The position numbers were made by a program, and so were the translations under genes. This document shows positions 29,274 through 38,590 of a stretch of DNA of 64,000 bases, piece by piece. Position 1 is the stretch's first letter; each line of letters opens with the position of its first letter. The notes beneath the pieces were generated by a model. That model was not told where the DNA came from. It saw only the letters and a program-made list of their open reading frames with translations, and did not search any database. Source of the stretch: Candidatus Woesearchaeota archaeon (GTDB taxonomy: Archaea; Nanobdellota; Nanobdellia; Woesearchaeales; JABGXB01); the NCBI GenBank assembly GCA_018675975.1, contig JABGXB010000003.1, positions 267,821-331,820 of the forward strand. The letters are read 5' to 3'.

Positions 29274-31034
29274 ATGAATTATCAAATGAAGAATTTTTCC
29301 ACTGAGCAAACTGAATTATTAAGATCATTTCTTTTTACAGCTCCACATAGTAATGTAAGTTTAATTTATCCACAACAATTAGTTGCAGGTGAAGAACTAG
29401 CCCCATTAATTTCAGCATATTCAAGAAGCAATCAACCACTTCAAGAAAGAGTATTAGAATTTGTTGATAAACAAAAAAATACAGAAGCTAAAGCACTATT
29501 ACCACATTTACCAGAATTAATGAAAACATTTAGAAATGAAGATGGTTCATTAAAAATTAGTAAAAAAACAAGAAACTTTTCTAAAAAATGGGTTCTTGCG
29601 CACGGTCACAGTTCAATAAAAGAAATGAATTCTATTTTTGGATGTGTTGAAGGAATTTCAGACATTTGTGGAAAATTAATTACTGGACATCCTTTAGCCC
29701 ACCCTCAAGTTAAGTCATCAAGATATATTTCTTTTGAAGATACATTAGATATGGCATTAGTAGATCCAGACATTCAAAACTTATCTTGTTCAAATGAAAT
29801 TATAGAACATTTAAAAGAATTAAATACAGAATATCTTAATGCAACTAAATATTTAGCAAATGCAGTATTTAAATCTGAAGAAACTGATCAAATAAGAGAA
29901 TTTTTAACTCGAGACTCAGTATTAGATATGCATGGTGAAAAATTATTTAATCGTGCTAAAAAAAAAGATCCAGAATTAGTAAAAACTGACACATTAATAG
30001 AAGAATTAAAATCACAGGCTTATGAAAATATAAATAGTGATGAGTATGTAATGGGACAACTTGAAAAATTTGTTCTTGATAGAAGTAGAGTATATTTACC
30101 TGGTTCAACTAGAACAAGTTTAGGTTTTATGATTGATGGTAGAACATGTGAAGAAATCATTACAACATTATTAACTAGTCCTTTAATAGAAGCCCAAAGT
30201 TTTGGTAATCAAATTTGGACTGAAACAAAAAAAATCTCACCTGTTTTATTAGGAGATCAATCCCATATTAAAAAAGATGAATGGAAATATGAGTTAGATA
30301 CGGACTTTAGAAAAGAATTAGCTACACGATTAGATTATATTGTCATGCACTCTGAACAAAAATTTGGAAGAGTTTATTCACCAAGCTTTGTACATTCAAG
30401 AGGAGAAGATACAAGATCTGCAGTTATGGCTGCATATAAATATAGTGATTTTTCTTTTGATGATTTAATAGAACAATTAAAAGAAAAAGATGTTAAATGG
30501 ATTTTAGATAGAACTCACGAACATAGAAATAAATTTGATCAATTACATGAAAGTGGTGGTCATGGTGGTATGCTTACTGAAATGACTATGCCATATCATG
30601 GTTATAGAGATATGTTTAGACATAGAAAAGGAGCAAGATCTAATCAATTATATACAACAGTTCACGGTTTTGAAAATGTTGAAATTTTTAATCATTTTGA
30701 TATAAATTCAAGATATGAATTATTAATGAATAAAAATAATGAATTATTTAGAAAAGCAGCAAAAGAAAATCCCCATGCTGCACAAAAAGTTGTTGCCTTT
30801 GGTCAATTATGTAGAGCAGCACACAGTTGGTCATTAGAACAAATTGGATATATTGCAAGAATAAGAGCGAATATTGAAACCGGAAATATTAGTTATGTAA
30901 AAACTGTTCATCAAATTGTAGATGGTGTAAAAAGATTATCACCACAATTAGCATCAAAAATAAATTATAATCAAGAAATGTTTCCAGAACATATTTGGAA
31001 AGAAGGTTATGATTTATTTAGAAGTAAAAAATAA
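29274..31034 (+). CDS. thyX: Long-form (tandem-fold) ThyX-like flavin-dependent thymidylate synthase
   Basis: Motifs YSRS and HGHSSIKE (compare ThyX HGHxxxxEH) in the first half. The first half reads GHPLAHPQVKSSRY (SxRY kept, RHR lost). The second half reads FRHRKGARSNQ (RHR kept) and AHSWSLEQIGYIARIR. An AGGTG Shine-Dalgarno lies at 29264-29268. Confidence 0.7.
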   Translation: MNYQMKNFSTEQTELLRSFLFTAPHSNVSLIYPQQLVAGEELAPLISAYSRSNQPLQERVLEFVDKQKNTEAKALLPHLPELMKTFRNEDGSLKISKKTRNFSKKWVLAHGHSSIKEMNSIFGCVEGISDICGKLITGHPLAHPQVKSSRYISFEDTLDMALVDPDIQNLSCSNEIIEHLKELNTEYLNATKYLANAVFKSEETDQIREFLTRDSVLDMHGEKLFNRAKKKDPELVKTDTLIEELKSQAYENINSDEYVMGQLEKFVLDRSRVYLPGSTRTSLGFMIDGRTCEEIITTLLTSPLIEAQSFGNQIWTETKKISPVLLGDQSHIKKDEWKYELDTDFRKELATRLDYIVMHSEQKFGRVYSPSFVHSRGEDTRSAVMAAYKYSDFSFDDLIEQLKEKDVKWILDRTHEHRNKFDQLHESGGHGGMLTEMTMPYHGYRDMFRHRKGARSNQLYTTVHGFENVEIFNHFDINSRYELLMNKNNELFRKAAKENPHAAQKVVAFGQLCRAAHSWSLEQIGYIARIRANIETGNISYVKTVHQIVDGVKRLSPQLASKINYNQEMFPEHIWKEGYDLFRSKK

Positions 31035-31066
31035 AAAAAAAAGAATAATAAAAAAGAGGTTAGTAA

Positions 31067-31696
31067 ATGAATTTAAGTATATATAGTGAGATTCCAATGC
31101 ATCAAGTTATTGAAGAAGTTAGAAAATCCCCTATGTTAAAATCTGATACTCAATTTCCTTACAAAAATGCAAATATTAGTTTACGTAATGTCGGTATGGG
31201 TGAAATTAATCCAACAAGTTTATATGCATTAAAAGCTAATTTGGATTTTCAAAAAAACTTAAGAGAATATATATTAAATAGATTTGGTTTTGATACATTA
31301 AGATTAAGTTCTGGTCTTATATTAGAAAATAAAGATGGGGAGCGTCAAACATTAATACCTCCTATAGTTGAAGTATCAGAAAGAGAAGTTAAGTTCATTC
31401 CACAAAAAGATGAATTATCATATGAAAATTCATATAAAATAAAAATACCGTGTTTACTTGATGGTATTCATCGCGCACTATGTGCAAAAGAATTAGGTAT
31501 AGATTTAAATGTAATTTTTATTTATGATTCAGATACCAATTATCCTGTTTATGCACATCCAAATGAATGGGATTTAGTTAAAATTTGTGATAGTATACCA
31601 AAAGAAAAAAGTCAAAAAAAAATGTATTTAAGAGATGATCATTCTAGTTTGTATAAATCATTTGCACACTTAGGTTCAAGTGGTCTTAGAAAATGA
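31067..31696 (+). CDS. ParB/sulfiredoxin-fold (ParB N-terminal domain-like) protein
   Basis: Signature LIPPIVEV...IPCLLDGIHRALCAKELGIDLNVIFI, matching the DGxHR core of ParB-NTD-like domains. Its stop overlaps the next start (ATGA). Confidence 0.6.
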   Translation: MNLSIYSEIPMHQVIEEVRKSPMLKSDTQFPYKNANISLRNVGMGEINPTSLYALKANLDFQKNLREYILNRFGFDTLRLSSGLILENKDGERQTLIPPIVEVSEREVKFIPQKDELSYENSYKIKIPCLLDGIHRALCAKELGIDLNVIFIYDSDTNYPVYAHPNEWDLVKICDSIPKEKSQKKMYLRDDHSSLYKSFAHLGSSGLRK

Positions 31697-32850
31697 GTAA
31701 TTTAGTTTTAGTTGAAGGAATAAGTGGAGCTGGTAAAAGTACAGCAATTAATTTTATTCAATCTTATCTTTCAACATTCAATATTCAAAGTCACACATTT
31801 AATGAACCCGGTCATATGCGAGATGAAATTAAAAAATATCATAATAGAGAAGACAGAGATCTTCAATTAGAATTTGATCATTATGTTTTATCCAGAAAAG
31901 TTGATTTACATCATAAAGTAATGCCAACTATAAAAAATCACCCAAAGGATACTATCCTCATTGATCGAAGTTGGATTTCTACAATGGTTTATCAACAAAC
32001 AGAACAATGTCCAATGATAAATATTCGTGATTATCATTCCTTTTATCCCAAACACAATTTAGCATTACTCTTAATTTGTGATCCTGAAACTGCATATCAA
32101 AGAATTTTAAAAAGAAAAGAAACTCAAGGAATAGAATTAAGTACATCTGAAAATCCAAAAAGAATTGCTGAACTTAGAAAAAGTTATATTGAAGCATTTG
32201 ATTTAGTAGATTATTCTGTAATTATTAATACTGATGGAAGTGAAAATGCAGTTAATTGTATTTTAAAATCTTATATGAATAAATTATTAGGAATTAAAGA
32301 AAAAAAAATTGTTTTTTTAGATAAAGATGGTACTTTAGTTGACAATTCTAAATATCCAGAAGTAATTCCAACGGATGAAATTCTTTTTGCAGATACATTA
32401 GAAGGATTATATAAATTAAAAAGTGCAGGATATGAATTTCATATGATTTCTTCTCAACCATGGGTTGCTAAAGGTCAATTAAGTTTAGATCAAACAAATG
32501 AAATTTTTGAAAGTGTTATAGAACAATATAAAAAATATGGAATTGAATTTACTGGATATGGTTTTTGTGAACATCATAGAAGTGATAATTGTCCAGATAA
32601 AAAACCAAATACAGGTTTATTAGAACAAATAGCAACTCAACAAAATATTGATATTTCTCAAAGCTTTTTTATAGGAGATATGGAATCGGATATTGAATGC
32701 GGTTATAATTTTGGATTACAAACTGGATTAGTAACTAAATATTCAAATGCAAAAACAATAGATAATTTATCTCAACAAAGATTTAAAAGAACTCCAAATT
32801 ATACTGCAATTAATTTGAATGAAATTGCAAATCAAATAATTGAAAATTAA
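31693..32850 (+). CDS. Fusion protein: thymidylate-kinase-like P-loop kinase (N-terminal) plus HAD-IIIA phosphatase (C-terminal)
   Basis: The N-terminal half has VEGISGAGKST, NEPG and LIDRSWISTMVYQQ (Tmk-like). From about residue 205 it has FLDKDGTLV, ISSQP, CEHHRSDNCPDKKPNTG and IGDMESD (GmhB/PNK-3'-phosphatase-type HAD). Confidence 0.75.
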   Translation: MSNLVLVEGISGAGKSTAINFIQSYLSTFNIQSHTFNEPGHMRDEIKKYHNREDRDLQLEFDHYVLSRKVDLHHKVMPTIKNHPKDTILIDRSWISTMVYQQTEQCPMINIRDYHSFYPKHNLALLLICDPETAYQRILKRKETQGIELSTSENPKRIAELRKSYIEAFDLVDYSVIINTDGSENAVNCILKSYMNKLLGIKEKKIVFLDKDGTLVDNSKYPEVIPTDEILFADTLEGLYKLKSAGYEFHMISSQPWVAKGQLSLDQTNEIFESVIEQYKKYGIEFTGYGFCEHHRSDNCPDKKPNTGLLEQIATQQNIDISQSFFIGDMESDIECGYNFGLQTGLVTKYSNAKTIDNLSQQRFKRTPNYTAINLNEIANQIIEN

Positions 32851-33025
32851 TATTTGTTAATTATATTAATTAAAAAAACTAAATTGTTTTTTTTTTGTAA
32901 AAAGAGTTCGAACGTTAATTCCTTACATTTGAATTTAATGAATATATAAAAACAAAAAAACAATATAATTCACTAAGCAGATAAAACAAAACATTATAAA
33001 GCAAATGTATCTATAAAAATAATAC

Positions 33026-33041
33026 ACACTAGGAATAGTGT
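33026..33041 (+). promoter_or_regulatory. Candidate NrdR box 1 (palindrome acactaggaatagtgt)
   Basis: A 16 bp site with perfect inverted ACACTA/TAGTGT arms that resembles the NrdR-box consensus as I remember it (acaCwAtATaTwGtgt). It lies just downstream of a TATA-like ctataaaa (33011-33018) in the 304 bp region upstream of nrdR. Confidence 0.5.
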
Positions 33042-33058
33042 CACAGCAAATATTAATA

Positions 33059-33074
33059 ACACAATATACGGGGA
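33059..33074 (+). promoter_or_regulatory. Candidate NrdR box 2 (weaker: acacaatatacgggga)
   Basis: The left arm and AT core match the remembered consensus and the right arm is degenerate. It starts 33 bp after box 1, about three helical turns, as in tandem NrdR boxes. Confidence 0.3.
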
Positions 33075-33154
33075 GTTAATAAATTTTTAAACCAGAAAAA
33101 AATACTAAATTAGCTTTAGCTCTGTAAAATAAAAAACAAATAAAAAATAAAAAA

Positions 33155-33604
33155 ATGAAATGCCCACATTGTAATTCAGATGATTTGAAAGTAAATGAAA
33201 CAAGAGAAACAGAATCAAATAGTTTTAGAAGAAGAAGAGAATGCAATAATTGTGAAGAAAGATTTACTACATATGAAAAAATTCAAGAATTATTAATTAG
33301 TGTAAAAAAAGAAAGTGGAAAATTAGAAAATTATACTAAAGAAAAATTAGAAAAAAGTTTTTTGATTGCTTGTAATAAAAGACCAATAACAAGAATTCAA
33401 ATATTAAAAATTATTGAAAACATTGAAAATAAAATAAGAAATAATTTTAAAAATGAAATTTCATCTAAGACATTAGGTGAATATGTAATGGAAGAATTAA
33501 AAATTTTAGATCCAATATCATATATTAGATATGCTTCAGTATACAAAGATTTTGATGATTTAGATAAATTTAATCAAGAATTAATATTATTAAAGGTGAA
33601 TTGA
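33155..33604 (+). CDS. nrdR: Transcriptional repressor NrdR
   Basis: N-terminal zinc ribbon CPHC...CNNC with ERFTTYE, followed by an ATP-cone. About 150 aa. It sits immediately upstream of the RNR gene. Confidence 0.9.
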   Translation: MKCPHCNSDDLKVNETRETESNSFRRRRECNNCEERFTTYEKIQELLISVKKESGKLENYTKEKLEKSFLIACNKRPITRIQILKIIENIENKIRNNFKNEISSKTLGEYVMEELKILDPISYIRYASVYKDFDDLDKFNQELILLKVN

Positions 33605-36600
33605 ATGGAACAAAGTATTGAAACAAAACGAACTGGTATAAAAGTTAAAAAAGTTTTTTGTAGTGATAATATAAGCCCATTTGAAACTGTTGAATTTGAA
33701 AACAGATCAAGTGTGATAAAAAATAGAGATGGTTCTATATTATTTGAAATAAATAATATTCATGCTCCAAAAAAATGGTCGCAAGTTGCCGTAGATATAA
33801 TGGCACAAAAATATTTTAGAAAAAGTGGAGTTCCACAATATGATGAAAATCAAAATGAAATTAAAGATGAATTTTCAAATATAATTACAGGTTCAGAAAC
33901 AGATATTACTCAACCAATAAAAAGATTAACTGGATGTTGGAGACATTGGGGAGAAAAATATAATTATTTTGATACGCAACAAGATGCAATTAATTTTGAA
34001 CAAGAAATACAATATATGTTATTACATCAAATCGCTGCACCAAATAGTCCACAATGGTTTAATACGGGACTTAAATGGGCATATAATATTTCTGGAAGTG
34101 CACAAGGACATTATTATGCTGAACATGAAACAGGTGAAATTAAATTATCTGAGGATGCATATTCAAGACCTCAACCGCATGCATGTGCGGATTATTATAC
34201 ACAAGTGTATACTGATAAGGGTACAATGTATATTGGAGATATAGTTGAAAATAATTTAACTAATATAAAAGTATTTGATGGAGAAAAATATGTAAAAGTT
34301 CTTGCAATCAAAAACAATGGAAAAAAAGAAGTGTTTAAAATTCAATTAAAAAATGGAAATTATATTAAATTAACTCAAGATCATTTAGTGCTATCATCAC
34401 AAAAAAGAAAAAAAAATGGTGGAAATTATAACTGGAATTATGTAAAAGATGTAAAATTAGGTCACAAATTACAACAACCATTAATTCTAGATATTAAAGA
34501 AAAAAATGTATTTAGTGATGATTTAGCAAAAGCAAGATTAGCCGGTTGGATAGTTGGAGACGGATCAGTTGGAATTTATGAAAATGTAATGAGATTGGAA
34601 ATTATTTCTATTAAAGAAGAAGAATTTGAATCAATAATAAATGATATTCAAGAAGTATTTGGACAAGAAGTTAATTTTTGGATTAGTAAATTTAAAACAA
34701 AAAACGAAAATTTAGATGGTAAAAGAATTCATTTAGCAGGTAAAAAAATACATAAATTAATTGAAGACTATGATTTACTAAAATCTTCATTTAATGCAGA
34801 AGTACCTCAAAAAATAATTAATGGGTCACCACAAGAAAAAAGAGAATTTTTAAAAGCCTTATTTCAAGCAGATGGTTGTGTCAGAATTAGAAAAGATGAA
34901 AATAGAAATTCAGGAGATGTGTGTTTAACTACAATTTCAGAAAATCTTTCATTTGGAGTTTTACAATTATTAAATTCATTAGGTATTTATTGTAGAATTA
35001 ATAAATATAGTGATAAAAGAGAAAATCGAAAAGATGTTAATCAAGTTATAGTATCTTATGGTAGTGCAAGAGAACAATTTCAAGAACAAATTTCTTTTAT
35101 ATGTTCTCAAAAAACCGAAAAATTAGAATTATTAAATAAAATTATAACAAAATCAAAAACACTTCCATTAATAAGAGAAGAAACAATTATTTCAATTGAA
35201 TCTGAAGGCATTAAAGATGTTTATGATATTCAAACAGAATCTTCAAAATTTCTTGGAAATGGAATTGTAATACATAATTGTTTTATTCAATCAGTTAAAG
35301 ATGATTTAGTTAATCAAGGTGGAATATTTGACCTTTGTACAAGAGAGGCAAGAATATTTAAATATGGTTCTGGAACTGGTTCAAATTTTTCACAATTAAG
35401 AGGTCAGTCTGAAAAATTATCAGGTGGTGGAAGATCTTCAGGTATGATGTCATTTTTAAAAATATTTGATGTGGCAGCTGGAGCAATTAAATCAGGTGGT
35501 ACAACAAGACGTGCAGCAAAAATGGTTTGTCTTGATTTGGATCATCCAGAAATTATTGAATTTATTGATTGGAAAGCAAATGAAGAAAAAAAAGTTGCTA
35601 ATTTAATTACTGGTTCAAAAAATTCAAAATATCATTTACAAAAAATATTAAAAGAAGCAAGTTCAAATTCAAATATAGAAAAAAATCCAAAATTAAAATC
35701 AGCAATTAAAGAAGCTATTGAACAAAATATTTCTTTAAATTATATTGATAGAGTTTTAAAACTTGCAAATCAAGGAATAACTGAATTTGAAACTCCCGAG
35801 TTTGATAATCATTTTGAAGGTGAAGCATATTCTACAGTTAGTGGACAAAATTCAAATAATTCAATAAGAATACCAAATTCATTTTATGAAGCTGTTCATA
35901 AAGACTTAGATTGGAATTTAAAAAATAGAACTGATGGAAAAATTTCAAAAACTGTAAGAGCAAAATGGCTTTATGATAAAATTGGACAAGCTGCTTGGGC
36001 TTGTGCAGATCCTGGTGTTCAATTTGATACGACAATTAATGAATGGCATACATGTCCAAAAGATGGAAGAATTAATGCAAGTAATCCTTGTTCTGAATAT
36101 ATGTTTTTAGATGATACTGCATGTAATTTAGCTAGTATTAATTTAATTCATTTTATTAATGATAGTGGACATTTTAATGAAGAAAAATTTGCTCATGCAT
36201 GTGAACTTATGACAATTGTTTTGGAAATTTCAGTTACTATGGCTCAATTTCCAAGTGATGAAATTGCAAAAAGAAGTTGGGAATATAGAACATTAGGTTT
36301 AGGTTTTGCAAATTTAGGGACATTACTCATGGTTAAAGGAATTTCTTATGATAGTGATGAAGCTAGAAGTATAGCTGGAGGAATTAGTGCCATAATGTGT
36401 GGAACTGCTTATGAAACATCTGCTAAACTCGCAAAACATCTAGGACCTTTTAACAGATATGAACATAATAAAGATGACATGTTAAGAGTTATTAGAAATC
36501 ATAGACGTGCTGCATATAATGTTTCAAATGAAGAGTATGAAAAATTAGAAATTACTCCAGTTGGCATTGATGAAAATTTATGTCCAAATAATATTTTACA

Positions 36601-38146
36601 AAAAGCTAGAAATTCATGGGATAATGCACTTGAACTTGGACAAGAATATGGATTTAGAAATGCACAAGTAACTGTTATTGCACCAACCGGAACTATTGGA
36701 CTTTTAATGGATTGTGATACTACAGGAGTTGAGCCAGACTTTGCAATTGTTAAATATAAAAAACTTGCAGGCGGTGGTTATTTTAAAATTGTAAATCATT
36801 CAGTTATTAAAGCATTGAGAACTTTAGGTTATGAAAAAGATCAAATTATTGATATTAAAAAATATTGTATAGGTCATCAAACATTAGTGGGTTGTCCAAC
36901 CATAAATCATAAAATTTTAAAAGATAAAGGATTTGATGAAGAAAAATTAGAACTTATTGAAAAACAATTAGAAACTGCATTTGATTTGAGTTTTGTTATG
37001 AATAAAAATATTTTAAGTGAAGAATTTTTAAAAAAATTAGGATTTAGTGATGAACAATTAAATTCTGAAATGTTTGATTTACTAGAAGAATTAAAATTTA
37101 CAAAAGAACAAGTTGATATTGCAAATGAATATGTTTTTGGAACAATGACAGTTGAAGATGCTCCATACTTATTAGAAGAACATTATTCAGTTTTTGATTG
37201 TGCAAATAAATGTGGAAAAAAAGGTAATAGATATATTGACACTTATGGACATATTAATATGATGGCAGCAGTTCAACCTTTTATTTCTGGTGCAATTAGT
37301 AAAACAATTAATATGGATTCAGAAGTTAGTGTTAAAGATATTTTAGATGCTTATGAAGCTAGTTGGAAATTAATGCTTAAAGCAAATGCATTATATAGAG
37401 ATGGATGTAAATTAAGTCAACCATTAAATACTGCTGTTTTTGAAAGTGAATACAATTTAAATTTATCTGAAGAAGATATTGATGAAACAGTTGATTCAGC
37501 AGCAATTCAACAACAAATTCAAACAATGAAAGCAAATCAGTTGCCGAGAAAAAGAGGTGGTTTTGTTCAAGAAGCAACTGTTGCAGGTCACAAAATATAT
37601 TTAAGAACTGGTGAATATAATGACGGAAAATTAGGTGAAATTTTTATTGACATGTATAAGGAAGGTGCTGCCTTTAAAGCACTAATAAATTGTTTTGCAG
37701 TTGCAATAAGTAAATCTCTACAATTTGGTGTTCCTTTAGAAGAATTTGTTGAACAGTTTACATTTACTAGATTTGAACCGGCAGGTTTAGTAACTGGACA
37801 TGAATATATTAAAAATTCTACGTCAATATTAGATTATGTATTTCGTGTTCTAGGCTATGAATATTTAGGTAGAGATGATTTAATTCATGTAAAACCTAAA
37901 AGAAAACCACTAGACATTATAGAACATGAAGATGATCCAAGAGATAAACATAAAACACTAGATAGTTTTTCTAATAGAAAAAATGTAGAAGAGACTAGAA
38001 ACGAAATGCTTTTTAAAAAAATTAATACTGCCAAATCAAGAGGATATACTGGAGAAGCATGTGGTTCTTGTGGTAGTATGAGAGTAAAAAGAAATGGAAG
38101 TTGTACACTTTGTGAAGATTGTGGTTCTACTAGTGGTTGCAGTTAG
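33605..38146 (+). CDS. nrdJ: Class II (adenosylcobalamin-dependent) ribonucleotide reductase, interrupted in frame by one intein
   Basis: Blocks [24 protein letters not shown] active-site region, [27 protein letters not shown], and a C-terminal Cys-rich tail CGSCGS...CTLCEDCG. The protein is 1513 aa including the 365 aa intein. Confidence 0.9.
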   Translation: MEQSIETKRTGIKVKKVFCSDNISPFETVEFENRSSVIKNRDGSILFEINNIHAPKKWSQVAVDIMAQKYFRKSGVPQYDENQNEIKDEFSNIITGSETDITQPIKRLTGCWRHWGEKYNYFDTQQDAINFEQEIQYMLLHQIAAPNSPQWFNTGLKWAYNISGSAQGHYYAEHETGEIKLSEDAYSRPQPHACADYYTQVYTDKGTMYIGDIVENNLTNIKVFDGEKYVKVLAIKNNGKKEVFKIQLKNGNYIKLTQDHLVLSSQKRKKNGGNYNWNYVKDVKLGHKLQQPLILDIKEKNVFSDDLAKARLAGWIVGDGSVGIYENVMRLEIISIKEEEFESIINDIQEVFGQEVNFWISKFKTKNENLDGKRIHLAGKKIHKLIEDYDLLKSSFNAEVPQKIINGSPQEKREFLKALFQADGCVRIRKDENRNSGDVCLTTISENLSFGVLQLLNSLGIYCRINKYSDKRENRKDVNQVIVSYGSAREQFQEQISFICSQKTEKLELLNKIITKSKTLPLIREETIISIESEGIKDVYDIQTESSKFLGNGIVIHNCFIQSVKDDLVNQGGIFDLCTREARIFKYGSGTGSNFSQLRGQSEKLSGGGRSSGMMSFLKIFDVAAGAIKSGGTTRRAAKMVCLDLDHPEIIEFIDWKANEEKKVANLITGSKNSKYHLQKILKEASSNSNIEKNPKLKSAIKEAIEQNISLNYIDRVLKLANQGITEFETPEFDNHFEGEAYSTVSGQNSNNSIRIPNSFYEAVHKDLDWNLKNRTDGKISKTVRAKWLYDKIGQAAWACADPGVQFDTTINEWHTCPKDGRINASNPCSEYMFLDDTACNLASINLIHFINDSGHFNEEKFAHACELMTIVLEISVTMAQFPSDEIAKRSWEYRTLGLGFANLGTLLMVKGISYDSDEARSIAGGISAIMCGTAYETSAKLAKHLGPFNRYEHNKDDMLRVIRNHRRAAYNVSNEEYEKLEITPVGIDENLCPNNILQKARNSWDNALELGQEYGFRNAQVTVIAPTGTIGLLMDCDTTGVEPDFAIVKYKKLAGGGYFKIVNHSVIKALRTLGYEKDQIIDIKKYCIGHQTLVGCPTINHKILKDKGFDEEKLELIEKQLETAFDLSFVMNKNILSEEFLKKLGFSDEQLNSEMFDLLEELKFTKEQVDIANEYVFGTMTVEDAPYLLEEHYSVFDCANKCGKKGNRYIDTYGHINMMAAVQPFISGAISKTINMDSEVSVKDILDAYEASWKLMLKANALYRDGCKLSQPLNTAVFESEYNLNLSEEDIDETVDSAAIQQQIQTMKANQLPRKRGGFVQEATVAGHKIYLRTGEYNDGKLGEIFIDMYKEGAAFKALINCFAVAISKSLQFGVPLEEFVEQFTFTRFEPAGLVTGHEYIKNSTSILDYVFRVLGYEYLGRDDLIHVKPKRKPLDIIEHEDDPRDKHKTLDSFSNRKNVEETRNEMLFKKINTAKSRGYTGEACGSCGSMRVKRNGSCTLCEDCGSTSGCS
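34184..35278 (+). mobile_element. Intein with LAGLIDADG homing-endonuclease domain inside nrdJ
   Basis: It begins with Cys (PQPHA|CADYY) and ends with HN followed by Cys (GIVIHN|CFIQSV). The two LAGLIDADG blocks are [11 protein letters not shown] (34538-34570) and [11 protein letters not shown] (34850-34882). Removing the insert restores the conserved HACFIQSV extein sequence. Confidence 0.85.
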
Positions 38147-38248
38147 AAATTAATTTTTTTATTAAAATTTTATATTTAATTAATTATTAATTTTTTTATA
38201 TATTTTATAATATAAAAATTTATAAAAAAAAAATGATACGATAAATAT

Positions 38249-38572
38249 ATGTCAAAATACTTATCTATAGAAATGATATTTGATTCAATAAATAAAACAT
38301 ATAAAATGCGTTCTGAAGTAAAAGATGAAATGATAGAAGAATTCATTTCAGATTTCATGAGATCTGGTATAGTTGAATCTACACCTAACGGAGATGTAAT
38401 TGAAAGAAACGAATACAAAGTAATTTTACAATTACATTTTGGACCTGTTGACGACTATAGAATTCAAACAAATACAAATAATAGAGATTTAACTATGGGA
38501 ATAATATGTGGTGCATTAGGATACTTAAAGAGTAACCCAAAAATTGATACTAAATTATATAAGTTAAATTAA
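38249..38572 (+). CDS. Hypothetical protein
   Basis: A 107 aa ORF with a normal-looking composition. I prefer it over the overlapping low-complexity reverse ORF at 38176-38418. Confidence 0.4.
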   Translation: MSKYLSIEMIFDSINKTYKMRSEVKDEMIEEFISDFMRSGIVESTPNGDVIERNEYKVILQLHFGPVDDYRIQTNTNNRDLTMGIICGALGYLKSNPKIDTKLYKLN

Positions 38573-38590
38573 TAAAATAATATCAAAAAA

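Noticed and set aside
33969-37577. Three short ORFs inside nrdJ (33969-34244 plus; 35838-36035 and 37377-37577 minus)
   Set aside because: They are alternative-frame or antisense ORFs within a strongly supported 1513 aa reading frame.
33605-38146. Reading the 1513 aa ORF as a fusion of RNR with an unrelated endonuclease gene
   Set aside because: The insert has canonical intein termini (a Cys at position 1, a terminal His-Asn, and a Cys immediately after the insert). Excising it restores a conserved RNR motif, so a single intein explains it.
38176-38418. 80 aa minus-strand ORF
   Set aside because: It overlaps the 107 aa plus-strand ORF at 38249-38572. Its translation is Ile/Phe/Ser-rich low-complexity running into an AT-rich intergenic region. 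The plus-strand ORF looks more protein-like, although that one is also low-confidence.
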